Shown: piece after piece, positions 19,579 to 27,773 of the stretch | How positions within the stretch are numbered: position 1 is the stretch's first letter | How the letters are laid out: every line of letters begins with the position of its first letter | Assembly: GCA_040755315.1 (NCBI GenBank) | Contig: JBFMBF010000013.1 | Location: 1-30,961, forward strand | Source: Candidatus Hadarchaeota archaeon | GTDB taxonomy: Archaea > Hadarchaeota > Hadarchaeia > Hadarchaeales > Hadarchaeaceae | Reading direction: 5' to 3' | Length of the DNA stretch: 30,961 bases | Notes under the pieces: model-generated | What the model saw: the letters and a program-made list of their open reading frames with translations, nothing else | What the model was told of the DNA's origin: nothing | Databases searched by the model: none | Program-made: the position numbers and the translations under genes

Positions 19579-20688
19579 TCATCCTAAAAACTCGTGAAGT
19601 CTCTTGATGGCGCGAATCTTCTCGCTTTGCCCGACCCCGGCTTCCTGAATCGCGTTTTCCAAGATTTCGTTTGTCCTGTCGTACGTCGGCTTGTCCACTT
19701 GGTATGGGATTCCGTCCTTCCCGCCATGCGCGAAGCTGAACTTCGCCGGATCCTTCCATGACGGCGGCTTCCCGTAAATCAAATCTGAAACCAACGCCAG
19801 CGCCCTTACCGCTTTTGGCCCTATCCCCCTGATCGCGACCAGCTCCTCGTAGTTCTCGGGCTGAATCTCGTAAGCCTTCTGCAGCGCCGCCACCGTCCGC
19901 TCCGTGAGTTTTGTTATCTCGTGGTGGGCCGGCATGACCAGCTTTTTCACCTGCGGGCTCCTCACAAGGTAATCGTCGAGCGAGCGCTGTTCGGCCTCGC
20001 GGACGTGGGGCAGCAGATGTTTCGGGTTGTCATTCACCAGATCGACGCTCGCCTTGCGCGCCTCCCCGCTCTCTCGCGAGGTCATGTCCAGAACCACTTC
20101 TTCCCTGCGGTCGCCTGCGATGCCAGAGTGAGGCTCTTCCACAAAACTCCCCACGCCTTCCGAAAGCCAGTGGTACCTTCTCGCGAACCTGTCGTGCATG
20201 CCTTGCTGGACAACCGCCCAGTCCCCGTCTTCTGTCACGATGAACGTGTGGTGGTAAAGTTGGTAGCCGTCCTGAACGCAGGAGTTGTCAACTTTTGCCG
20301 CCATCCTGCTCGAGTACTCCAATTTTTCAATTTTCTGGGACGTGAATGAAAAAGTGTCTGCCAGTTTCTGGATCTCTTCAGGGGTCCGCTTCGATGTTTT
20401 CCCTTTTCCGCCGCATACGGCCACTCCTAGCTCTTCGGGCTTTATCGCTTCCTTCAGGGCGCCCATGGTGGTTGTGGTCACTCCACTACTATGCCAATCG
20501 AATCCTATCACACAGCTCAGTGCTTGGAAGAAGAAAGGGTCGGCGAGCCGGTTGAGCAGCTCCTGGCTTCCGTACTCGTTGACAATTATTGTTGTAATGG
20601 CTCCGCTCAACTTTTTCATCCTGCCGAACAGCCAAGGTGGGCACCTGCCTCCGTGAAGCGGAAGTTCAGCAACGCCGGTGCGTCTCAT
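19579..20688 (-). CDS. DUF763 family protein
   Basis: GVAELPLHGG..PPWL, LADPFFFQAL..GFDWHSSG.TT, AKVD...QDG, ARRYHW, HhH-like IRGIGPKAVRALAL, FAHGGKDG.PY. Confidence 0.9.
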   Translation of the reverse strand: MRRTGVAELPLHGGRCPPWLFGRMKKLSGAITTIIVNEYGSQELLNRLADPFFFQALSCVIGFDWHSSGVTTTTMGALKEAIKPEELGVAVCGGKGKTSKRTPEEIQKLADTFSFTSQKIEKLEYSSRMAAKVDNSCVQDGYQLYHHTFIVTEDGDWAVVQQGMHDRFARRYHWLSEGVGSFVEEPHSGIAGDRREEVVLDMTSRESGEARKASVDLVNDNPKHLLPHVREAEQRSLDDYLVRSPQVKKLVMPAHHEITKLTERTVAALQKAYEIQPENYEELVAIRGIGPKAVRALALVSDLIYGKPPSWKDPAKFSFAHGGKDGIPYQVDKPTYDRTNEILENAIQEAGVGQSEKIRAIKRLHEFLG

Positions 20689-20780
20689 GAACAAACTTTG
20701 TCTCAAACGAGGTTAAATCTGCCCATCATTAAAAAATGCAGAAAATTTTTAAATTTTGAGAGCGGATTAGCCGCAAGCAG

Positions 20781-20996
20781 TCACTTCACAACGTAGTATC
20801 CAGCCGCCTTTTCCCGTGCCACCCTCTTGGCGTACCCCTTGTTGACGAGCTCGATAAGGGCGTTGTTGACCATCCCCTTCGGGAGCTTGGAAGCCCTCAT
20901 CGCGTCGTCGGAAGTCTTCAGGGAATCCTGGGTCGTGGCGCCGAGTCTCTTCAAGGCGTCGTAAACTTTTGTCGCACCTGGACTTAGATCAGTCAT
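20781..20996 (-). CDS. small basic winged helix-turn-helix protein
   Basis: 71 aa with a three-helix plus beta-wing pattern (KVYDAL..LPKGMVNNALIELVNKGYAKR..YYVV) and a strong SD gagaggtgat. Confidence 0.8.
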   Translation of the reverse strand: MTDLSPGATKVYDALKRLGATTQDSLKTSDDAMRASKLPKGMVNNALIELVNKGYAKRVAREKAAGYYVVK

Positions 20997-21028
20997 TTTA
21001 TCACCTCTCCCCCCTCTTAACGGCCCTT

Positions 21029-21877
21029 TTAATCCCTTTTTATCTCCAGGCTCATGTCCAGAGCCGGCGCCCGCATGGTCATGTAGCTGGAGGAGATGAT
21101 GTCCACTCCCGTGGCCGCGTACTCCTCAATGTTTGTTGGATCTATCCCACCGGATGCCTCGAGTAGCACCCGTAAGCGCAGCCCCTTTCGTTTCAGAAGC
21201 TGGACTGCCTTTTTAACATCGATCGGCGTCATGTTGTCAAACATCACCACGTCTGCCCCACTCTTCACGGCCTCAATGGCCTCCCCAGCTGTTTTCACCT
21301 CAACCTCCACTTTACCCCACTTGACGGCCTTCTTTGCGCGGCGCACGGCTCCCCCGATGGAGCCCACGAGCTTGAGATGGCCGTCCTTGATGAGGACATG
21401 GTCGCTCAGGCTGTACCTGTGGGTGGCACCGCCCCCCATCGCCACCGCCCACTTGTCAAAGCGAGTGAGCAGGGGCGCGGTCTTCCTTGTGGAGGCCACA
21501 AGCACCCGAGGGTTTTTTTTCTTTGCCAGATTCACCATCTCGCGCGTGGCGGTGGCAATCCCGCTCATCCTCATCAGCAGGTTCAGCGCCACTCTCTCTC
21601 CAGCGAAAATCCCCCGTGCTGGCCCATCCAGCCGCATCACAACCCCGCCTGCCCTTATTTTCGAGCCGTCCGGCTGAATTTTTTTTACAGCCACGTCAAG
21701 CTCTTTGAACACCATACTTGCTTCAGCCACTCCTGCCAGTATTCCGGGTTGTTTCGCGATAATTTTGGCAGAGGCCCTCGCGCCTGGTTTGATGATAGAG
21801 TCGGAGGTGACATCTCCCTCGCCGATGTCCTCGGCCAGCATTTCCTTGATTTTCTTTTTAACCACGCGATCAATCAC
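21029..21877 (-). CDS. nadC: nicotinate-nucleotide pyrophosphorylase (quinolinate phosphoribosyltransferase)
   Basis: LAEDIGEGDVTS, ERVALNLL..MSGIAT, TRKT.P, EVEV, MFDN, EASGGI; GTG start at 21877. Confidence 0.95.
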   Translation of the reverse strand: MIDRVVKKKIKEMLAEDIGEGDVTSDSIIKPGARASAKIIAKQPGILAGVAEASMVFKELDVAVKKIQPDGSKIRAGGVVMRLDGPARGIFAGERVALNLLMRMSGIATATREMVNLAKKKNPRVLVASTRKTAPLLTRFDKWAVAMGGGATHRYSLSDHVLIKDGHLKLVGSIGGAVRRAKKAVKWGKVEVEVKTAGEAIEAVKSGADVVMFDNMTPIDVKKAVQLLKRKGLRLRVLLEASGGIDPTNIEEYAATGVDIISSSYMTMRAPALDMSLEIKRD

Positions 21878-22799
21878 GTGAAGCCCTCCCAGACAGCTCC
21901 AGCATCCGCTCGGTCGCCCTGCGGGCCCGCTCCGCCACATCCTCGCGCACTTTAACCACATGCTTGACGTCCCGCAGAGCCTCGTAGAGCTTCTGCAGGT
22001 TGTGTTTTTTCATCTGCTCGCAGACGGCCGTTTCGAGTGCCGGGATGAACTCCTTGTCTGGAAACTCCCGCCTCAGCCGTTGGACCATCCCGACCTCCGT
22101 GCCTATGATGAAGCGCTTTGCTGGCGAGGCCTTCGCGCGGGTGATCATCTGGCTGGTGCTGCAGATGTGGTTGGCGAGCTTCTGCACCTCCGGGTCGCAC
22201 TCCGGGTGGACAAGAACTTCGGCATCCGGGTAGCGCTCTTTCAGCAGGATGATGTCCGCGGGAGAGAACATCCTGTGAACATAGCAGTAGCCGTAGTCCG
22301 GCAGGGGGATTATTTTTTTGTCCGTCCTCTGCTGGGTGTACCAGGCGAGGTTCCTGTCGGGGCCGAAGATGACCTCTTCCTCGTCGAGCGCGTTGACTAT
22401 TTGTGGCGAGTTTGCCGAGGTGCAGGTGACGTCAGCCTCCGCCCTCGCCTCCGCCAGGGTGTTGACATAAAGCACGACGGCCGCTTTCGGATGTTTTTTC
22501 TTCGTTTCTCTTATGAGTTCTGCCGGGAGCTGGGCCGCCATGGGGCACTTCGCCTCCGGGGCGGGGATTATTACAGTTTTTTCCGGGTTCAGCAGCACGG
22601 CTGTCTCCGCCATGAAGTCGACCCCACAGAACACGATCAGCTTTTGCTTCACTTTTGCACAGTATCTCGCCAGGTCAAGGGAGTCGCCTATGTAGTCGGC
22701 AAGCAGCTGTATCTCCTCCCGCTGGTAGTTGTGCGCGAGGATTACGGCGTCCCTTTCTTCCTTCAGCCTGATGATTTCTTCCATTGGGTTTTGTGCCAT
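21870..22799 (-). CDS. nadA: quinolinate synthase
   Basis: ILAHNYQ, GDSL, FCGVDFMAET, CPMA, YVNT, CTSAN, CYVH, HPEC, GTE, CEQMK. Confidence 0.97.
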   Translation of the reverse strand: MAQNPMEEIIRLKEERDAVILAHNYQREEIQLLADYIGDSLDLARYCAKVKQKLIVFCGVDFMAETAVLLNPEKTVIIPAPEAKCPMAAQLPAELIRETKKKHPKAAVVLYVNTLAEARAEADVTCTSANSPQIVNALDEEEVIFGPDRNLAWYTQQRTDKKIIPLPDYGYCYVHRMFSPADIILLKERYPDAEVLVHPECDPEVQKLANHICSTSQMITRAKASPAKRFIIGTEVGMVQRLRREFPDKEFIPALETAVCEQMKKHNLQKLYEALRDVKHVVKVREDVAERARRATERMLELSGRASRD

Positions 22800-22836
22800 G
22801 TTGGGCCTCAAAAGTATGCGGTGTGCCCGCTTAAAA

Positions 22837-23658
22837 TCATGTTCCCACGCGAAGCGACTCGCTCAAGTTCCGCAGGGTCCTGATTGCGGAAAGCGCGGCC
22901 AGCTGGCTTGTCCTGGGGGTGTCCGGCATCGGGACATTCCTCGCCTCGGTAAGAAGCTCACCAGCATCGCCCTTCACGCGAATTTCATGGACGTTTCGCT
23001 TGGTTTTCGGGTCGGCTATCACGCGGACCTTAGTCCTGTCAAGCCCGATGCCTGCCAGGCTCAGAGTGGCAGCGACATTCACGCTAGCGGGGAAGAGCCT
23101 CACGGCCGTGCGGGCTGGACCCTGGAAAAGGACGATTGGTTTACTTATATTTTTCAGGTTGATGCCGCGTTTCTTCACATAATCGCTGTAGGCCAGCGCC
23201 GCAGGAGGCTTCCTCGTTGTGAGGGTGACTTCCTTAATCCTGCCGATGCCAGCCGCCTTTATCCCATCTATCCCGATGATGGCACCGGACGGGATGTGGA
23301 CTTTTCTCGCCGTTTTCTTTGCCGCGGCCGTCACGCTTTTCAGAAGCTTTTCATCAGAGAATGCCCCGACGCTCATCACCATCAGGTCCTTGCCAGAGCG
23401 GAGGATGTTCAGGGCATACTGCCTGACAGCCGTTTGGGCGGCGGCTTCGACGACTAAGCTGACCGTTTTGTCGGCGTAGATTTCAGAAGCCCTTTTGGCC
23501 ACTTTGGGTTTCGAGCGCATCTTGTTTGCGAGTTTGGCGCATTTCTCAGGTTTCAGGTCGTACACAATTTTCAGCGTTGTGTCTCCTGCCTTCCCGCTGT
23601 CAATCGACTTCGCCAGCACTGTGCCTATGGCGCCGCAGCCTATTAGAGCGACTTTCAA
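22837..23658 (-). CDS. nadX: L-aspartate dehydrogenase
   Basis: GCGAIG, VVEAA, MSVGAF, PSGAIIGID, RKPP, FPASVNVAATL, NVHEI; co-operonic with nadA and nadC. Confidence 0.93.
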   Translation of the reverse strand: MKVALIGCGAIGTVLAKSIDSGKAGDTTLKIVYDLKPEKCAKLANKMRSKPKVAKRASEIYADKTVSLVVEAAAQTAVRQYALNILRSGKDLMVMSVGAFSDEKLLKSVTAAAKKTARKVHIPSGAIIGIDGIKAAGIGRIKEVTLTTRKPPAALAYSDYVKKRGINLKNISKPIVLFQGPARTAVRLFPASVNVAATLSLAGIGLDRTKVRVIADPKTKRNVHEIRVKGDAGELLTEARNVPMPDTPRTSQLAALSAIRTLRNLSESLRVGT

Positions 23659-23697
23659 ATTGTCATCTCATTACCGTCAGCCCCGCGGCGGTTTATC

Positions 23698-23718
23698 CTT
23701 TTTGGTGTAGCCAAAAAG
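23698..23718. promoter_or_regulatory. perfect 8-bp inverted repeat CTTTTTGG-N5-CCAAAAAG, candidate operator
   Basis: Lies in the divergent nadX/MMPL intergenic region next to TTTAAA at 23726-23731. Confidence 0.5.
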
Positions 23719-23765
23719 CGCAAATTTTAAAGGCGAAAAAACGGGGGAGAATGGGGCGCGATTAG

Positions 23766-26078
23766 ATGATTGGAAAGGTGGTCCGAACGGTGGAGAGGAA
23801 GCCTTACTTGGTCCTCCTGTGCGTGGTCCTGGTGAGCGGCTTCATGGCGTACGGGCTCACGAAAATAACCATGATCACTGACTTCAAGACCTTTCTGCCG
23901 GAGAGCAGCCCTTCCGTCAAGACGACCCTTGAGCTGGAGAACAAGTTCGGGTCGACGTCCTACGAGTTGATACTGGTTCAGGCGGACGACGTCACAACAT
24001 CCGGCGCCATCCGCGGAATTCTGGAACTTGAAAACATTATCATGTCTGATCCGAGGCTTGAGAACTATGCTACTACATATTCTTCTTATGTTGACTCCGT
24101 GCTGCAGTACATTCCCAACTACCCGCTCATGTCGGACCAGCAGCTTGAGGCGGCCGTGCGAGCAATCTTGGACAACCTTTCATCCAACTCCCAGACATCC
24201 GGCAGCGTTAGCAGGTTCTTGACGGCGGACAGGAAAGCCACCATCATTTTCATCTACACAAACACCCAGCTCAAGATGTCGGAACTTCTGGAAAAAACAG
24301 ATGTCTTGCAGAGTTTGGTCGACAACTTCGAGAAGAGCCACGCTGATTTGACTCTGGGCGTCAGCGGGACCTACTCGGGGTACGGCGAAATCGCGGCGCT
24401 GATGAACAGAGACAATGCGGTCCTGATTCCGGTCGCGATGGTGTTTGTGGTGGCCCTGCTTTTCTTGATCTTCAGGAAATTTTCCGACATATTGTTGTGC
24501 TTCTTGGTAATCGGGCTGGGGAGCATGTGGGCGATCGGCACCATGGGTTACCTCGGCCTTGGGTTCACGATGGTTCACGTCGCGCTGGTGCCGCTGCTTC
24601 TGGGGATGGGTGTTGACTACTCGGTTTACATGCTAAACAGGTACTATGAGGGGCGGGGAGGGGGGTTGATTGCTAAGGATGCTGTCGGGATTTCAATCAG
24701 AAGAATCGGGCCGGCGATTTTGGCAAGCATGATCACCACAGTCATAGGTTTCGCCTCGTTTTCAATCTCGGACATTCCGCCGATACAGACAATGGGTGTT
24801 CTCGCGGCGTTGGGGATTTTCTTCGCGTTTGTTTTGGCGCTCACGATGCTGCCAGCTTTTGTGGTACTGAGGGACGGAAGAAAGGTCGGCAGGGTGAAGG
24901 CAATCGTTGTAATGAGGGGGAAGAAGGTGGATCGTGCGCTGTCGATTGCTGCGACCGGAGCCGAGCACCACAAGCTGGTCGTTGTATCTTTTGTCTCCGT
25001 CGTCGTGGCCCTCAGCCTTGTGGCGGCCCTTGGTGTGGGCACCACGATGTCGTTCGAGACGTTTTTGCCGTCAGATGTAGAGTCGATAGCCACGGCGAAT
25101 AGAATAGAGAACCTGTTTGGAGGCCAGTCGTTCATTTTTGCGCTGGCGGGCGGCAACGTTCTGAGCCCAAGTGGCCTGTCAGACATGCTCCAGCTGGAAA
25201 ATGCCGTGCTTTCAAATGAGAACAATGTTGCCCCACGGCTCATCACGGGCTCCTTGAGCATCGCCGACCTAGTGGTCTCCGCTGCCGGGCGCCCACCGTC
25301 CTTGTTGACCGAGGCAGAAATTGCCGCAGTTGTGGGGGGGCTGCGGGCATCGTCGACGTACCAAAGTCAGATCAGGATGCTTTTGACAGCCGACAACAGT
25401 GGGGCGACGATGATTTTTTACACGAATGCCAAGACCAACGTGGAGGTGAAGCAGGCGACGGACATCATCAGGAACACCGTGCGGGCTTACTCTGGCAGCA
25501 GCTTGGACCTCACAACAAACGGGGCACCGGCTGTTGGAGGCGAGCCCGCGATAATCTCAGATATTTTTGGAGGCATCTTGTCAGGGATGATAAACACAAC
25601 GGTGCTGGCGCTTGTTCTCTGTTTTATTGTATTGGTCTTGATTTTCAGGTCGCTTTGGATGGGCGCTCTGGCCGCACTGCCGGTGCTTCTGGTGGTGGTG
25701 TGGGAGCTGGGGACGCTGAGGCTGCTGGGGTGGTCGCTCGACGTGCTCACGATGGCGATATCGGCGCTAGTCATAGGGGCGGGGATTGACTACAGCGTCC
25801 AGATTGTGTACAGGTTCAGGTGGGAGTGGAAGGGACGCGGGCGGTCGCCGGAGGAGGCGGTAAGGAACACAGTCATGAACACAGGCACGGCGCTGCTGGC
25901 GGCGATGGGCACCACCGCAGGGGTTTTCGTCATACTCATGCTTTCTAGGATGCCGGCGATGAGCAGGTTCGGGGGACTCACGGCGGCCGTTGTCTTCTAC
26001 TCTCTGATAGCGGCGCTTTTCGTGCTACCTTCATTCATCTTGGTTTACGCGCTCCGCAGGAAAAACGCGGAAAAATAG
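23766..26078 (+). CDS. MMPL/RND-superfamily (HAE3-like) membrane exporter
   Basis: Two internally repeated halves, each with one TM, a large loop and about five TMs; GMGVDYS and GAGIDYS motifs; TTVIGF. Confidence 0.92.
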   Translation: MIGKVVRTVERKPYLVLLCVVLVSGFMAYGLTKITMITDFKTFLPESSPSVKTTLELENKFGSTSYELILVQADDVTTSGAIRGILELENIIMSDPRLENYATTYSSYVDSVLQYIPNYPLMSDQQLEAAVRAILDNLSSNSQTSGSVSRFLTADRKATIIFIYTNTQLKMSELLEKTDVLQSLVDNFEKSHADLTLGVSGTYSGYGEIAALMNRDNAVLIPVAMVFVVALLFLIFRKFSDILLCFLVIGLGSMWAIGTMGYLGLGFTMVHVALVPLLLGMGVDYSVYMLNRYYEGRGGGLIAKDAVGISIRRIGPAILASMITTVIGFASFSISDIPPIQTMGVLAALGIFFAFVLALTMLPAFVVLRDGRKVGRVKAIVVMRGKKVDRALSIAATGAEHHKLVVVSFVSVVVALSLVAALGVGTTMSFETFLPSDVESIATANRIENLFGGQSFIFALAGGNVLSPSGLSDMLQLENAVLSNENNVAPRLITGSLSIADLVVSAAGRPPSLLTEAEIAAVVGGLRASSTYQSQIRMLLTADNSGATMIFYTNAKTNVEVKQATDIIRNTVRAYSGSSLDLTTNGAPAVGGEPAIISDIFGGILSGMINTTVLALVLCFIVLVLIFRSLWMGALAALPVLLVVVWELGTLRLLGWSLDVLTMAISALVIGAGIDYSVQIVYRFRWEWKGRGRSPEEAVRNTVMNTGTALLAAMGTTAGVFVILMLSRMPAMSRFGGLTAAVVFYSLIAALFVLPSFILVYALRRKNAEK

Positions 26079-26252
26079 GTCATTGTGGGTTCTCAGGGGA
26101 AACCCAACAGCCCAATGTACCCCAGACATAACTCAACGACGAGCGGCAGGGGCAAGTTTGTTAATCGTCCAGACAGGTAAGAACAACAAACATGGGACGA
26201 AAAAAGTATTTACAAGAGCCTTGAATAATCAACTGTTGGGGGTGACAAAGGC

Positions 26253-26579
26253 ATGCCGTCCAAATCAACATCGGAAAAATCAGACGCCGTTTCCAACTAC
26301 ATGATGGGTCTGGAGCTAATGAAGAAGGGGCACGCAAAGGAAGCCATTCCTTATTTGGAAAAAGTTTTGAAAATCAGCCCGCGCCACACTGGGGCCAAGG
26401 TTCTTCTCGATGATGCAAAAGCGTCCCTAAAATGGACTCGGAGGTACTTCTGCACCCACTGTGGAAGGCTATTGCCCAAAAGCGACGAACAAGAAGGGGC
26501 ACGAGGTTCTGGCCGGGAAATAGATTTATTCTGCCCCAAATGCCACCACAGGACTTCGTTGAAAACCCAGACAAAGTGA
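26253..26579 (+). CDS. TPR plus zinc-ribbon protein
   Basis: TPR-like NYMMGLELMKKGHAKEAIPYLEKVLKISP; CTHC...CPKC. Confidence 0.75.
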   Translation: MPSKSTSEKSDAVSNYMMGLELMKKGHAKEAIPYLEKVLKISPRHTGAKVLLDDAKASLKWTRRYFCTHCGRLLPKSDEQEGARGSGREIDLFCPKCHHRTSLKTQTK

Positions 26580-26645
26580 GGAGCTGTTGAGACTGGTAAT
26601 TTCTTTGTCAAATGGTTCCCGGGAATATTTCTTTTATTCTGGGCC

Positions 26646-26861
26646 TTGGCTGGGTCCTGGGCTTTGGGATATCCTGTGACAACTGTCTTTGGCATATCAT
26701 ACTTGGCTTTTTTCATACTCTGGGCCCCGATGTTTGGCATGCACAAGAAGGGGGTGCGGGAATGGGCAAAAAGGGCGGCGTATGCCTTAATCTGTGCCGT
26801 GGCATGGGTAATCGTTTTACCATATTTGAAACTCTTCTTGGCGTCGCGGAGCGGAGCATGA
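26646..26861 (+). CDS. small hydrophobic membrane protein (start uncertain; frame open from 26580)
   Basis: Hydrophobic ORF whose stop overlaps the next ATG (ATGA at 26858). Confidence 0.55.
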   Translation: MAGSWALGYPVTTVFGISYLAFFILWAPMFGMHKKGVREWAKRAAYALICAVAWVIVLPYLKLFLASRSGA

Positions 26862-27145
26862 TGAAAAAATGTAGCAAGTGTGGGCGAGAGAACGCGGACG
26901 ATTTATTTTACTGTGCCAAGTGTGGGTCGCCCCTGCCAAAAACCGAGGCCGATGTAAAAAGGGAGGTGTCTTCCAAAAGAGTAATCATGTTTGTGGAGAT
27001 TGTGGCCGCGTTGCTTGCAACTTTTGTTTTTGTTGCCATGCCTTTGATAAGTGGGGAGATGGGGTTTGGTGCAATTCTGGGAGCAATAGTCGTGTCGGTG
27101 TTGCTCGCAGTTGTGGTGGCCACCTGGTATTTATCACGTGATTGA
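26858..27145 (+). CDS. zinc-ribbon plus two-TM protein
   Basis: MMKKCSKCGRENADDLFYCAKCGSPL followed by two hydrophobic helices; ggag SD. Confidence 0.8.
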   Translation: MMKKCSKCGRENADDLFYCAKCGSPLPKTEADVKREVSSKRVIMFVEIVAALLATFVFVAMPLISGEMGFGAILGAIVVSVLLAVVVATWYLSRD

Positions 27146-27164
27146 GTTCGGGGAGACGAGGAAA

Positions 27165-27590
27165 ATGGCCCAAGAAATGAAAGTTAAAATTAAAACGAAC
27201 CAGCAGAAAGCGCTTGAGAAGGTTATGGAGTATTTGAATGTGGCGAGATACAAAATCAAAATGAATGGAAATTCGCTTACAGCGACCGGCGGAAGAGATT
27301 ACAATCTGGGTGCGTGTTTTGCATTGTCGGCGGCGCTTCCTTTAATGACTGCTATGGGCGCTTTTCTGTGGGTGGTTTCAAATCCCTTGGCTATTACAGA
27401 GATGGGCAAAGTTTTTTCAGTTCTGGTGATTTTTTGCATCGTCTATTGGGCACTGTTTTTTGTTTACTGGTTCACTAGAAAGAAAAACACTGTAATGATT
27501 GCCGTGACGCGCGGAAATGCCGCGATTACTTTTAACGGGAGGAAAGGGGCGTCTGTATCAACCGCGCTGAAAGAAATACTGGAAAGTTAA
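27165..27590 (+). CDS. hypothetical two-TM membrane protein
   Basis: ATG at 27165 after gagg; two central hydrophobic helices. Confidence 0.65.
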   Translation: MAQEMKVKIKTNQQKALEKVMEYLNVARYKIKMNGNSLTATGGRDYNLGACFALSAALPLMTAMGAFLWVVSNPLAITEMGKVFSVLVIFCIVYWALFFVYWFTRKKNTVMIAVTRGNAAITFNGRKGASVSTALKEILES

Positions 27591-27642
27591 TACTTCTAGA
27601 AATCAAAAATTCAAGTCCATAATCCGAAATCCATCAAGATTG

Positions 27643-27733
27643 TGGTGGGGCCGCCGAGATTTGAACTCGGGTCACCAGCAGTTTGGCCAAAGTCCCCAAG
27701 CTGGGAGGCTAGACCAAGCTACCCCACGGCCCC
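27643..27733 (-). tRNA. tRNA-Pro(GGG) with canonical 37/38 intron (27681-27693), CCA encoded
   Basis: GGGGCCG TG GGGT AGCTTGGTCTA GCCT C CCAGC TT GGG G[ACTTTGGCCAAAC]T GCTGG TGAC CCGAG TTCAAAT CTCGG CGGCCCC A CCA; BHB helix TTGG/CCAA. Confidence 0.96.
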
Positions 27734-27773
27734 AATCTTTTGTCTCTGTGAGATACTTTTAACATTTCGTCAC

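Noticed and set aside
23665..23700. Fluoride-riboswitch-like AAACCGCC...GGCTGA upstream of nadX
   Set aside because: It lacks the 5' GGCGATG/pseudoknot elements, and the gene context does not fit.
26612..26857. N-terminal extension of the 177-aa ORF in the track
   Set aside because: The Zn-ribbon protein has its own SD and ATG at 26858 with an ATGA overlap; the extension shadows another frame.
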